64,000 nucleotides of DNA. It comes from Candidatus Poribacteria bacterium (lineage in GTDB: Bacteria > Poribacteria > WGA-4E > JAJDTR01). The stretch covers positions 3,738,423 through 3,802,422 of the forward strand of contig OZ240209.1 of assembly GCA_965197465.1 (NCBI GenBank), read 5' to 3'. The notes below the pieces were generated by a model. The model was given only the letters and a program-made list of their open reading frames with translations, made no database searches and was not told where the DNA came from. Positions 31,168 through 42,237 of the stretch are shown piece after piece (the stretch's first letter is position 1; each line of letters starts with the position of its first letter). The translations under genes and the position numbers were made by a program.

Positions 31168-31210
31168 CCGGCCGCGGGGTTCAAGGCCGGAAAGGTTGCG
31201 ATTTTTGCCT
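31168..31210 (+). terminator. putative rho-independent terminator after PhyH (CCGGCC-11nt-GGCCGG then T-rich)
   Basis: Hairpin followed by AAAGGTTGCGATTTTTG. Confidence 0.3.
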
Positions 31211-31361
31211 TAATTTATTGGAATTTCAGAGGCAGATTTTCGTTGACACAGACTTGGAGATTGGTACAGAAACTCCGTCATGACGAGGCTTGAGCTGACA
31301 ATTTTTTGCTTAAGTTCATGTCATTCTACTAAGCCCAGATCTCTTATGGAAAGGAACAACG

Positions 31362-31694
31362 ATGATTAGCTTCAAATGCATAGTGCAGGAGGGCTGCGTA
31401 CCGCAGGAGATACGTCCCGACTTGACGGCAGAACTAGCTCGAATCAGCACATCTATACTCGGCGGCTCTCCCGACGATGTGGAGGTCGAGTTCGACGAGA
31501 TACCAGAGGGTTACGGTTTCAGGGGTGGTGAGCCGTCTACCACATCTTTGGTCAGAGGCCATATACCCGACGGTTGCCAACAAGAGGTGCGTATCCAGCT
31601 ATTACACGAGATTAGCGACATCTGGTGCCAGATCGCCGGCTGCTCCACTGACGAACTGGTGGTGTCAGCACGCGATCGACATTACCAGGGCTAA
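31362..31694 (+). CDS. tautomerase-superfamily-like small protein
   Basis: 110 aa. Shares a pattern with the 32059 protein (…GGSPDDVEVEF.E.PEG...GG). Confidence 0.35.
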   Translation: MISFKCIVQEGCVPQEIRPDLTAELARISTSILGGSPDDVEVEFDEIPEGYGFRGGEPSTTSLVRGHIPDGCQQEVRIQLLHEISDIWCQIAGCSTDELVVSARDRHYQG

Positions 31695-32058
31695 TACCTT
31701 GTTTTCGCCCCAATAAGGCAGGAATCGAACACTCTCCCATACCGTCGAAACTCAGCCTGTGAAAGGCTTTGAAGCCTGCAAAAGGTCTCCCTTTACAGGA
31801 TAGACCTTTTGAACCCTTGTGGTGCCTGAAAACCGTAGTTTTCACGGACATATTTCTTGACTAATGCGGTGGAAATCGGTCAAAATTGCGGATTTGTGGG
31901 TGAAAAGGTCGTGTACGACAAATCGCACCATTTGAGGGCTGTCCAAGCCAATAGGCGTAGGCGTTGAACGGTTTTTCTGAATGGCTCGATATGCCACTTA
32001 TTGGTGCGAAATTGAGGTAATAAGGTCCATCTAAAGCATAAAAAAGAAAGGAAAGAAA

Positions 32059-32457
32059 ATGCCTGTATATCGCTGCAACACTCCCGCTGGTATACTTTCC
32101 CAAGATCAGCGCAACCAGCTTGCCAAGACGTTTACCGACGTTCATTGCAATCTTACCGGTGCGCCTAGAAAATTCGTGCAAGTCCTGTTCTTCGACACAC
32201 CGCCGGGCGCCTCTTCCGGATACCCAACGCCTTACTTCATTGACGGCGGCAATCGCGCCGGACGACCGCCGGAGACGAAGCAGGCAATCATGGATGGCTT
32301 GACGCAGGCGCTCTCCGACGTTGGCGGCCTCCCTCGGGCTTCGATTGGCGTGAAGATTACAGAACGCCCCGCGTCATGGTCGATGGAAGGGGGACAGATT
32401 CTACCGGAGCCTGGCCAGGAAGGTGCAGAGTGGTACACTGAGCACACGGAAAGTTGA
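32059..32457 (+). CDS. tautomerase family protein (N-terminal Pro1: MPVYRC...)
   Basis: MP start, ~130 aa, ...KFVQVLFFDTPPG...FIDGG. Confidence 0.45.
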   Translation: MPVYRCNTPAGILSQDQRNQLAKTFTDVHCNLTGAPRKFVQVLFFDTPPGASSGYPTPYFIDGGNRAGRPPETKQAIMDGLTQALSDVGGLPRASIGVKITERPASWSMEGGQILPEPGQEGAEWYTEHTES

Positions 32458-32630
32458 TTCAGAAAATACTCACGGTATTCCCAGTAGCAGAGACTTCAAC
32501 TCGTCTCCACGCTTGACGCCCTTCTTGGAGCGAATAAATTCGCCACTACAAGAGGAAGCGCGCGGCGCGGTCGAAAACGAACCATTCTTCACGTTTTCCT
32601 AGCATGAACCCACATCGAAAGGAGAACCTC

Positions 32631-34229
32631 ATGAAAACGGTACAGTTTATCCTCATCAGTCTGGTGCTGGGTATTGGACTGGGGTCCATAAGTCACTCCG
32701 CCGCCGAGGAAGTCATGCTTATCGCCGACGAAGGCGAAGGGCAAAACCAGATGTGCGCTGATGTTTTCAGGAACTCTGTAATCGTCGGCGTACATTCGAA
32801 TGTCGGCTTGGCCAAAATCTACGTGCGCGATGGCAAAAAGTGGAAAGAGCGGGCGGAACTGACTGCCAAAATTGGCGCAGCTGCCGTAGCTGATAATTTT
32901 GGCTTTTCGGTCGCGATAAACGGTCCCCGCGTGCGGGGCGCCGCGAACATTGCTATTGTCGGGGCACCGCAGCACGATGGTGCTGGTGATGACTCCGGCG
33001 CAGCTTATGTCTTCACCCGCAGCGGAGACTCCTGGAAGCGGGCGAAACTTGTCGCTGATGACGCAGCAGCAGTAGACACTTTCGGATATGCCGTGTCCAT
33101 TGACCGAAACACTGCCATCGTTGGGTCACCAAAGCACGATGCTGCCGGCAGCAACTCGGGTGCAGCCTATATTTTCGCCGGTGATGATTCTTGGAACCAG
33201 CAGGCGAAGCTCGTCCCCAAAGATTTAGAGGGAAGAGACACCTTCGGAACGTCTGTCTTCGTTCGTGAGCGCACCGCTGTCGTCGGGGCACCGGCGCACA
33301 CACATAGTGGCATAAAATCCGCCGGCGCTGCCTACGTCTTCGTGCGCGAGGGGGAGACGTGGAGAGAACAAGCCAAACTCACGCCCGACGACGCTGCACA
33401 GAGAGACCGTTTCGGACATTCTGTCGCTATGAGTATGAGTAGCGACACCATCATCGTTGGGGCGCCATTCCATGATACTGAGCGCGGAGCGGATGCTGGT
33501 GCCGCCTATATCTTCGCGCTCGTTGGGAACACCTGGAAGCAGCAGGCGAAGCTGATGATCAAAAGCGCACGGGAAGGCGATCAGCTCGGATCTGGTGTCG
33601 CCACCACCGGGAAAATTGCCATTCTTGGGGCTAAGGGCCGCGATGAAGGCGACGTGGCTTCAGGTGCCGCCTATGCCTTTGTGCGTGTTGACGGGGTCTG
33701 GGAGGAGAGAGAACAGGTTACGCCCCTCGTTCCGATAAAGCAGGGGTTATTTGGCTTTTGGGTGGCTATGAGCGAGAATACTGTCGTTATCTCCGCTCAT
33801 ATCGAGCCCAGGCCCTTAGCGCACGAGCGGGCTGACGGCACAGCGGCGTTTGTCTATAATAGTATAGAAGATTTCGGCACGCCCCCTTTTGCCGTCGAAC
33901 CGTTTGGATTGAGACTAACGACGTTAGGGCAGGTCAAGCGCACGGCGCTTTATCAAAACTTCCCGAATCCATTTAACCCAGAGACCTGGATGCCGTATCG
34001 GTTAGTGGTTGAAGCTCCGGTGACCTTTCGCATTTACAACGTCCAGGGGCAACTGACCCGCGAGTTGAATCTCGGGACCCAAAAAGCGGGCGGTTATCTA
34101 ACACGACAAACCGCCGCCTATTGGGACGGCAGAGACGGAGTCGGAGAGACGGTTTCCAGCGGTGTCTATTTCTACACTCTCCAGGCTGGCCCATTCCAGG
34201 CAACCCGACGCATGCTCATTTTGAAATAG
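32631..34229 (+). CDS. secreted FG-GAP repeat (beta-propeller) protein with T9SS C-terminal sorting domain
   Basis: Signal peptide MKTVQFILISLVLGIGLG. Seven or more FG(F/Y)SVA...DDSGAAYVF repeats. C-terminal FPNPFNPETW...VYFYTLQAG...ILK. AAAGGAG SD before ATG 32631. Confidence 0.85.
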   Translation: MKTVQFILISLVLGIGLGSISHSAAEEVMLIADEGEGQNQMCADVFRNSVIVGVHSNVGLAKIYVRDGKKWKERAELTAKIGAAAVADNFGFSVAINGPRVRGAANIAIVGAPQHDGAGDDSGAAYVFTRSGDSWKRAKLVADDAAAVDTFGYAVSIDRNTAIVGSPKHDAAGSNSGAAYIFAGDDSWNQQAKLVPKDLEGRDTFGTSVFVRERTAVVGAPAHTHSGIKSAGAAYVFVREGETWREQAKLTPDDAAQRDRFGHSVAMSMSSDTIIVGAPFHDTERGADAGAAYIFALVGNTWKQQAKLMIKSAREGDQLGSGVATTGKIAILGAKGRDEGDVASGAAYAFVRVDGVWEEREQVTPLVPIKQGLFGFWVAMSENTVVISAHIEPRPLAHERADGTAAFVYNSIEDFGTPPFAVEPFGLRLTTLGQVKRTALYQNFPNPFNPETWMPYRLVVEAPVTFRIYNVQGQLTRELNLGTQKAGGYLTRQTAAYWDGRDGVGETVSSGVYFYTLQAGPFQATRRMLILK

Positions 34230-34257
34230 CCTGTGCGTTTCGGAGTATGTCAATGCA

Positions 34258-34288
34258 ATGTAGGTTCAATTCCTACTATGCGAGCCAC
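34258..34288 (+). other. tRNA 3'-end fragment (T-arm GTAGG-TTCAATT-CCTAC + acceptor 3' strand TATGCGA-G-CCA), no 5' half
   Basis: Canonical T-loop TTCAATT and CCA end. No matching 5' acceptor strand or anticodon arm upstream. Confidence 0.35.
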
Positions 34289-34814
34289 CTCGTATATGTC
34301 TAATCCTAACTGCAATATTGGAATCGATGTTGTGGGAAGCAAGGAGACAAGGCGCATAGCCCGATGTAGGACGGTAGACATTAAGTTGCTACGTCCGACT
34401 ACGATGATAAGGTTAGGGGAAACCCAAACAGATTGTCTGAAGCCTCGAAGGAAACCGTCTGAGACCTCAAGTTACTCCCAAGCGTTAAGCTAGGAAGCCG
34501 TCTATGAGGGAAACCACACCACATGGAGATTGTTGGGATACTATGCTATTATCTCAACAGGTGGTAGTTCAAGGCACGGCGTAAAGATCTGAACCTAAGT
34601 TATCGGTGAAGTGGATTGACAGAGAACCGAAAAGTCCCTAAGTTATCTCCATCATATTCGGCGGGTTGCTGGGAGGCCACCGCGGCCTGAAGGGTTTCGA
34701 AAGGGGCCTTGGCTTCTTCCAAGGTTAAGCCAATTTCATGGTCAAAGTCAGCCACGAGGCAGTGCCCTCAATAGATTAACTCATGTGCATCGGCAGTGAA
34801 TCTTACGGCAGAAG

Positions 34815-36191
34815 CTAAGGCAGCAACGGTTCCGGGGCTTCAATGAGCGCGCGTAAATCTCCGAGGAGGCGGGCACACGGGGCACCGTCAACCACTCGGT
34901 GATCGAAGGTGAGGACGAGCGTCGCCATGTCACGGGCCACGATCGAGTCACCGTCCACGACCGCAGCGCTACGCACTCGCCCGACGCCCAGGATGGCGCA
35001 CTGCGGTGGGTTAAGCACTGGCGTGAACCAGTCCACGCCAAGACCGCCGAGATTGGTCACCGTGAACGTGCCATGTGCAAAGTCGTCGGGTGCCAGTGTT
35101 CCCGCCTGGGCGCTGTCTGCGAGTTCTCTGACCACCTTCGCGAGCTCTACCACGCCGAGGGTGTCTGCGCCTCGAATGACCGGTACGACCAAGCCCGCCG
35201 CAATGTCAATGGCGACTCCCAAATTGATGTCACGATACTGGTGTATCGCACCGTCAATCAGCGCTGCATTGAGTTGGGGATGGGATTTTAATGCCTGGGC
35301 CGTAGCTTTCAGCACAAAATCGTTGATCGTCGGTGCGACGCCGTGGGTGTCTCGCCACGCGTCTGCATTTGACCTCCGCGCGGCCTGGAGCGTGCTGAAA
35401 TCAACCTCGATACCCTCGGTGACGTGCGGTGCCTCGGACCAGATCGCACCCAGGCGCTCGGCGGTAATCCGGCGAATACCGGCAAGCGGAGTAACCTCTA
35501 CACCAGGATCCGGAGTTTCATCGGCTGCTTCTTTCTGACTGGCTGTGCCGGCGTCCACAGCGCGCTGCACATCTTCTTTGGTCACCCGGCCACCCGGACC
35601 CGTGCCTTGCAACGTCTCGGCGTTTATGCCGTGCCGTTCTGCCAGCCGCTGCGCCACCGGTGTAACCCGTGAGCCCGCAGGACGATCGGCTGATGGCGCC
35701 CCGGGCTGTTCCACGTCACCAGGATCCGGAGTTTCATCAGCGGCTTTTTCCTGACTCACTGCACCGGCGTCAATCGCGCGCTGCACATCTTCCTTGGTGA
35801 TTCGTCCGCCCGGACCAGTACCTGGCAATGCCTCGGCGTCTATGCCGTGCCGTTGAGCCAGCCGCTGTGCCACCGGCGTAGCCCGTGACCCCGCAGGGTG
35901 TTCGACAGCCGAGGTCTTAGGTTGTTCTGCGGGGACCTCCGGTACTTCCTCCCCCTCCTCTCCGATCCAAGCCAAGGTTTCGCCAACCTCGTACTCACCA
36001 TCAACCTGACCGACGATGCGCAACAGCACGCCACTGACCGGAGACTCGACCTCGGCGACAGTCTTATCTGTCTCGATCGACACCAATAGCTGGCCTTCCT
36101 CAACTCTACTGCCTTCGGCTATGTGCCATTCGACGACACGTCCCTTTTCCATGGTGTGGCCGAAAGCTGCTAAACGGAACTGTATTGCCAT
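34815..36191 (-). CDS. dihydrolipoamide acyltransferase E2 of a 2-oxoacid (pyruvate/acetoin) dehydrogenase complex
   Basis: Lipoyl domain (ETDKTVAEVESP), two E3-binding domains (TPVAQRLAxRHGIDAE...GTGPGGR), catalytic DHRVVDGA. Confidence 0.9.
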   Translation of the reverse strand: MAIQFRLAAFGHTMEKGRVVEWHIAEGSRVEEGQLLVSIETDKTVAEVESPVSGVLLRIVGQVDGEYEVGETLAWIGEEGEEVPEVPAEQPKTSAVEHPAGSRATPVAQRLAQRHGIDAEALPGTGPGGRITKEDVQRAIDAGAVSQEKAADETPDPGDVEQPGAPSADRPAGSRVTPVAQRLAERHGINAETLQGTGPGGRVTKEDVQRAVDAGTASQKEAADETPDPGVEVTPLAGIRRITAERLGAIWSEAPHVTEGIEVDFSTLQAARRSNADAWRDTHGVAPTINDFVLKATAQALKSHPQLNAALIDGAIHQYRDINLGVAIDIAAGLVVPVIRGADTLGVVELAKVVRELADSAQAGTLAPDDFAHGTFTVTNLGGLGVDWFTPVLNPPQCAILGVGRVRSAAVVDGDSIVARDMATLVLTFDHRVVDGAPCARLLGDLRALIEAPEPLLP

Positions 36192-36235
36192 GGTTTCTCC
36201 TTTTCTGCTACGGCTGGACTTTCTGAGAAAGCGCG

Positions 36236-37209
36236 TTACGTCATCACCCGACCAACAGCCGCGGTAATATTAGAGACCTCGGGCACAACATGCTTGACGA
36301 GTTCGGAACTGAATGGCATGGGCACATGGGGGCTGCCAACTCGAATGACCGGCGCCTTGAGCGCTTCAAAACAGTTTTCACCAATCATCGCTGCTATCTC
36401 GGAGACCGCCCCGGCGAAACTGGAATCTTCTCCACAAACCACAGCGTGGCCAGTGCGCCGAACCGACTCGCAAATCGTCTCAGTATCCAGCGGTGAGAGG
36501 CTCCTCACATCAATGACCTCGACATCGTAACCATCGTCCTCTAGCAGCACAGCCGCTTCCTCTGACTTCTGCACCATCGGGCCGATAGCGACAACGGTAA
36601 CGTCCTCTCCGTCGCGAGTGATTTTGGCCTGGCCGATCGGTATGATGTGCTCACCTTCAGGCACCTCACCTCTGGAAGCATAAACCCGTTTGTACTCGAA
36701 AAATAGCACGGGTCAGAGCTGCGTACCGCACTCTTGAGCAGCCCCTTGGCGTCGCTAGGCGTCGAAGGCACGACGACCTGCAGGCCAGGAACGTGCATGA
36801 ACCACGATTCCATAATCTGTGAGTGCTGTGCAGCGAGCAACCAACCAACCCCACACGGCAGACGAAGGACCATGGGCACACTGGCTTGACCGCCCGTCAT
36901 GTAGCGCATTTTTGCCGCCTGGTTGACAACTTCGTCCATAGCGCAAGTCACGAAGTCCAGGTACATAATCTCGACCACTGGGTTCATACCCGCCATAGCG
37001 GCACCAACCCCCACGCCGACAATCCCCGCTTCTGCGATTGGTGTTTCAAGAATCCGTCCCGGGAAACGCTCCGCAATACCCTGTGTCACCTTGTAAGATC
37101 CGCCGTGCGTAATGACGTCTTCGCCAATGACGAATATCGTCTCGTCACGTTCCATCTCCTCATGCAACGCCTCGCACAAGGCTTCGGAGAAAGTCATCGT
37201 TTTTATCAT
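36236..37209 (-). pseudogene. 2-oxoacid dehydrogenase E1 beta subunit with a 1-bp-deletion frameshift near 36690
   Basis: Two ORFs (36541..37209, 36236..36709). Expected ...SSDPVLFFEYKRVY is read as SSDPCYFSS. Confidence 0.7.
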
Positions 37210-38193
37210 GCCACCTCCTGTCGGGGAGCGAGGACATCCGTGGTGACGTTCTCAGGCGTCGGGAACGGACTCTCCTCAGCAAATTTTACGGCCTTGGCGA
37301 TTTCATCCTTGACCTCGTCCTGGATCTTCGTATCCTCTTCGTCAGTCAGCCACTGACGCTCCATCATCACGGAGCGAAAGAGGTTGATCGGGTCACGGTC
37401 AGTCTTCCATTCTTCGACTTCCTCGGTGGAACGGTACTGCTCCTCGTCGCCCATGCTGTGTCCGTGGAAGCGGTAGGTCAGTGCCTCGATTAACGTTGGG
37501 CCCTCGCCTTTGCGGGCGCGCTCGACTGCCTCGCCGACGACCTCGTGGACTTCGACGATGTCTTGGCCGTTGATCGATTTGCCAGGAATCGCATAGGAAG
37601 CGGCCATATCGGCGACAGAATCGAGCACCGCCACATTCATACGCGGTACCCACTGTTGGTACTGGTTGTTCTCACAGATGTAGATAACAGGAAGTTTCCA
37701 TAGCGATCCAAGCCCGATGCCCTCGTGAAAGGTTCCGCGCGCGGCAGCGCCGTCGCCGAAGAAGCACACCGACACTTGATCGGTTCCGCGCATCTTGCTA
37801 GCGAGTGCGGCGCCGGTCGCCGGTCGCCGGTCCGATGCCGGCTCCCACGATGCCGTTGGCACCGAGCATGTTGAGAGAGAAATCGGCGATGTGCATTGAG
37901 CCACCTTTCCCGGCGCACGTCCCCGTAGACTTGCCGAAAAGTTCGGCCATCATACGGTGCGACTGTGCTCCCTTAGCCAAGCAATGGCCATGGCTGCGGT
38001 GTGTACCCAGGACGTAGTCGTCGTCGCGCAGATTGCCACAGACGCCTACGGCGACTGCTTCTTCTCCACAGTACATGTGAAGTGCGCCTACCACGGAGCC
38101 GAGACTCGTCTGGCGGTGTGCCTCTTCCTCGAAGAGCCGGATACGCCACATATCTTTGTACATCTTCTTGCTCAATTCAGGTGACAGGGTCAT
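37206..38193 (-). pseudogene. 2-oxoacid dehydrogenase E1 alpha (TPP-binding) subunit with frameshift caused by a 7-bp tandem duplication (CGGTCGC)x2 at 37814-37832
   Basis: Two ORFs (37798..38193, 37206..37904). ...GIGPATG[+7bp]AALASKMRG. Confidence 0.7.
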
Positions 38194-38463
38194 AAGTAAG
38201 TCTCCTAGAGTTGATAATATGTAGTCATCTTGGGCATATTCTATGGTATTTTCTGCAGTGCTGCTACGAACTGCCCAAACTCGCCGCCAACTTCAATATT
38301 GACCTCGTTATAACTTACTGGTCGGTCATTCCGAGCGTTTTATGGTTGTCGATTGGGGTGTTGCGATTTTCAGATTCATTGTAAGGTCAAAAATATCAGC
38401 CTCATCTTGAACCATCCCGGGAGTCATATGTTTTATTAGGTTGCCAATGATTCTTCAGTCTCC

Positions 38464-38739
38464 CTATTTTGCTTTTGCAACCATCAAGCATCCAGCCCAA
38501 GTCAACTCCTGCAGTAACAAACATCCTTTTGATAGCCATTCATCTGTCGAAAAATTTGGTGGACCATCTGAAATTCCAGGGATTTTGTTCGTCTGTTTGC
38601 AGATCTCCACAATCTGATCGATGGCAGTGAGGTGTTCAGGAGAATTAAAAGGGACACCCATAGAAGCAGCTAGATCAGATGGGCCTATCCAACATCCATC
38701 GATTCCGTCTGTTGACATAATTTCCTGCACATCCAGCAA
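38464..38739 (-). pseudogene. HpcH/HpaI aldolase family, C-terminal fragment only
   Basis: DGIDGCWIGPSDLAASMG is the family's C-terminal motif. Only 91 codons. Confidence 0.45.
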
Positions 38740-39229
38740 TATTTATGAACCAACTACCAGTTTCGAAGATTTGAGAAGCAGACAATTCTTCCACGTTCGC
38801 TTTCGAACCTAGAGCAAGCGGAGGAATTTCAGGTAAATCTATTTGGACTTCGCGGGTGGTCTGGGTACTACCATCAGGGGCAACAAAGGCCACATCAACT
38901 GTGTTCTCAGTATAGTTGTCAAAAAGAAAAGTATAACCATCCGCAAAAGCACGTTCTGGCAGCCCATCTTCCCCCGCCCAGACAGTAAGTGATTGCCCAT
39001 CTTTGTCCCTAAAGATTGCGCCTGAAATACGCTGACCTTCATCATCACTTAAAGCAACAATACTATCGCCGCTCTGATGCAGCATTATCGCTGGCATATT
39101 TAGATTATCTGTTCTTGCAAAAGAGACACCTTGATACAACGTATCAGCTAAATTTTGCTCCTCATCTGCTTCATCACTGCCACACCCAATCAATAGCGGA
39201 AGCAACACAATTAAGAGTAGCTAATCCAT
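38675..39229 (-). CDS. lipoprotein (LLLIVLLPLLIGC lipobox) whose third codon is TAG (ATG-GAT-TAG)
   Basis: A perfect lipoprotein signal peptide is in frame immediately after an in-frame TAG (39221-39223, minus strand). The ORF track's GTG 39208 is an alternative start. Confidence 0.45.
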
Positions 39230-40064
39230 AACAAACAAACCTTCTTATAAAGTCGATATCCATAATTCAACCTTGATGTGCGGATCTGATCTCCGGAGAT
39301 TATTTCTAGACTATAATATACCGGACATAGGCCACATGTGAAAAGAATAATACATTTCAAAATGACCTCTTTCCAAAATGCTGCTCGTGCGGGATATACG
39401 GGCCCCTCTCCGCATTTAGTTTATCTGAAAAGTGTCACTATAAACTGTAAGCGATATTACTCCAAAATATGACTCACTTTGGCCGATAATTAGATGGGAT
39501 ACCGTTGCATCCACGATCCAGTATTCACGCGGATTTGAGGGATTTTGTTGACATAAATTCTGCCACCCTCAAACCGCATCAATCCACACCCGGGGCGGAT
39601 CTTACCTCAAAAGGCACTTGTTTCGCGCCTCCAAAACAGTGGTTTTGGCAAATTCCCAAAAATCGGTGTTTGGAGGTGTCAACCCGGCTGCGGGTTTGAG
39701 GGGGATGTCAAGTTGGAAATCAGCCCCTGATTTTACTCAATTGTTGCCCCGCAACCCCGTGAGACTAGGAGCTGGTCTATGCAACGGTCACAAAAAACTG
39801 ATATGGGAGAGGAGAACGGTAAAGCCCGTTTAGCTTCTTGACTCTGGAGTTTTTTTTAATGTATCGTAATTGTTTAGTCTACTGATTTCTAGGGTCGAGT
39901 ACTACGAACCTGCACGGTTTTTTGCCATTTTTTAGGCGTACCCAGTGGTGAATGCCCATTTCCTTGATTTGTAGTGGGCAATTTTTTGCCCGTCTTACGG
40001 TTTTCAGGGTTTTCACTGACCACTAGCCACTAAACACTTACAATGTATCTAATCATTTCAGGGA

Positions 40065-40660
40065 GTGAATCTCTTGATGCCAAGGGTATCTTGTCAACCC
40101 AATGAAGTGGACGGCACCTTTGACGTGAGAAACACACGTCGATGTCAAAGATATGTCCGCTCGATACAAAGGAAACTAGACAGAGCGGTTGCCACCGGTG
40201 ATTGTGCCAGAATTCGCTGGTATGTTCATTTGCTTTGTAAAGTATCGAGGGCGGCTAAGGTAGTAGCGGTATGGAAAATACGAGCCTCAATTCAGGTAGA
40301 ACAACGGCAGGTGTAGATGGTGTTGCGATGCCACGGGCGACATCAGTAGCAACGCAAAACCAGATAAGGCACAATCTACTTGAAGGACTGAACGTGGAAA
40401 GCAAACCGCAACCGATAAAACGGGTGATGATTCCCAAGTCCAACGGAAAGAAACGCCCGCTCGGTATACCGACGTTAATCGATTGAATCCATCAAGAACT
40501 TATCAGAAGCGCGATTGAACCCATAGTCGAATATCACTTTCTAGCCTGTAGTTATGGATTTCGTCCGAAGCGAAGTTGTCAAGATGGGGCTGTAAAGTTT
40601 TTGGCAAAATGGGATTATGTAGTATTACATAATCGGTGATAAAGTCAGTGGGAACTGCAT
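40065..40660 (+). mobile_element. group II intron remnant: intron-encoded reverse transcriptase/maturase N-terminal region split over two frames and truncated
   Basis: ...AKVVAVWKI... / TAGVDGVAM...IKRVMIPKSNGKKRPLGIPTLIDRIHQELIRSAIEPIVEYHF..SYGFRPKRSCQDGA (RT domains 0-2). Confidence 0.65.
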
Positions 40661-41205
40661 TCGTCACCTCGTGTGAACATACTGAAAGCGGGGAGAAAGG
40701 CTGCCGGTGAACGGGGGTTCTCCCCCGCACCTCAGCTTACCTGCCGCTCTGCTTGTCAGCGCTTGGCATTTCTGGGTGCGAATCGTGTTCTCATGCGGGT
40801 TTATCGTTCATTTAGTGATAGTACGCAATGCCTCTTTTCTTAGCTCCTTGTCAAAAACTTTACAGAATGGCTTGACATTAACATGTCGGATCTGCTAAAA
40901 TTTCCAAACTTTTATCAAGAATTCCAAGACACAATGACCTGAGTTGGCGAGGTTGTTCGACAGGTATTGGATTGAGAATCTTATTCCGTTATATCTCAGC
41001 GAGTGAATCAATGAGGAATCGAGATGAAAGTAACCGGGAACGCATTTCGTGCCGACTCGGTAGAGGGTATCGCAGTTTGCCCAAAGTGGCTTTTCTTAGC
41101 CGCTTTCGAGAGTAAAGATTTTATTGGAACTATGTTAAGTGAATGTTGTAGAGTAAATCAATGATCGATGCGGTGTTTGATGACACCTAAGAGGAGGAAA
41201 ATAAG

Positions 41206-42081
41206 ATGAAGGTCAAATTTTTGCTGATTGGTGTAATTGTCACTCTTGGCATGTTGGCTGGCTCAAATTATGCTGAGATAGATCCTTCCTGGATTGTGGC
41301 CATCTGGACGTTTGATGAGGGTTCTGGTGGAACAGCCGGAGATGCTTCTGGAAATGGGCATGATGGGGCAGTTCCGGGCGATGTCAAATGGGTTGATGGG
41401 CCCTTTGGCACGGCTCTGGAGTTTGACGGGAGCCCCATTCCTGACGCGGGAGGGCAACCTTTTTTAGACGGGAGCGTGGTTGAAGTTCCGTATCATGATG
41501 ACTTGAACCTGAGAGATGTTTACAGCTTGGTCGCCTGGGTGAAAGTCGATCCGGAAAATGCTTGCTGTGATCGCAATCCTGAACCGTGGGGCGGTATTAT
41601 TGTCAAAAGAAATCATGTCCACGATCCAGCGTCTGGCGGCGAAAGAAATTGGGGGCATTGGGGATTATGGGTTGGTGCTGCGGACCAAGGTGCAGTGGCC
41701 TTGTGGGGAAATATGGCAGGGCGCGGCGAAATTAATCAGTGGTGGTTGGCAAAGCGTAACCTTGCCGATGGAGAATGGCATCACGTCGCTGCCGTGTGGG
41801 ACCGATTTGAATTAATATTTTATGTAGATGGAGTGGATGATACGAGCGAAGATGGTAACGTAAGCGGCGACGCGATGGGCGTCATCGAACAACCGCTTAC
41901 CATCGGCGGTGACCTAAATGACCATTATTTCAGCGGCGCCATTGATGAGGCGGCAATTTTCAGTGAGCCGTTGAGCGAGGGTGATATCCAGGACGTTATG
42001 GGGGGACTGGGGCGGTATGCGACCGCTGTTGATTCTTATGGGAAAGTCGCCGTCACCTGGGCAAGCATCAAAGCCCAGTGA
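41206..42081 (+). CDS. secreted LamG-like (concanavalin A-like lectin/glucanase) domain protein
   Basis: Signal peptide. ...FDEGSGGTAGDASGNGHDGAV.GDVKWVDGPFGTALEFDG. C-terminal ...KVAVTWASIKAQ. Confidence 0.75.
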   Translation: MKVKFLLIGVIVTLGMLAGSNYAEIDPSWIVAIWTFDEGSGGTAGDASGNGHDGAVPGDVKWVDGPFGTALEFDGSPIPDAGGQPFLDGSVVEVPYHDDLNLRDVYSLVAWVKVDPENACCDRNPEPWGGIIVKRNHVHDPASGGERNWGHWGLWVGAADQGAVALWGNMAGRGEINQWWLAKRNLADGEWHHVAAVWDRFELIFYVDGVDDTSEDGNVSGDAMGVIEQPLTIGGDLNDHYFSGAIDEAAIFSEPLSEGDIQDVMGGLGRYATAVDSYGKVAVTWASIKAQ

Positions 42082-42237
42082 AAATATAGATATTTAAGGA
42101 GCTGAAGCTGTTGTAATATGGTATTCGAAACAACTCAAGCGTTAGACCTAACTGAAACGACACGTTTTTGATGCGGGTTGCCAATGTCGTCGAGCCCAGT
42201 GGTGTCGGTCACATGATTTCGAACCGCCCGATTTTAA

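Noticed and set aside
34230-34800. Full tRNA or tmRNA gene in the noncoding stretch after the T9SS propeller gene
   Set aside because: Only a 31-nt tRNA 3' end is present. No matching 5' acceptor strand, anticodon arm, tmRNA tag ORF or RNase P-like motifs were found.
35424-36103. Several ORFs antisense to the E2 gene (e.g. 34909..35538, 35840..36103)
   Set aside because: They are proline/arginine-rich shadow ORFs typical of the reverse strand of a GC-rich gene.
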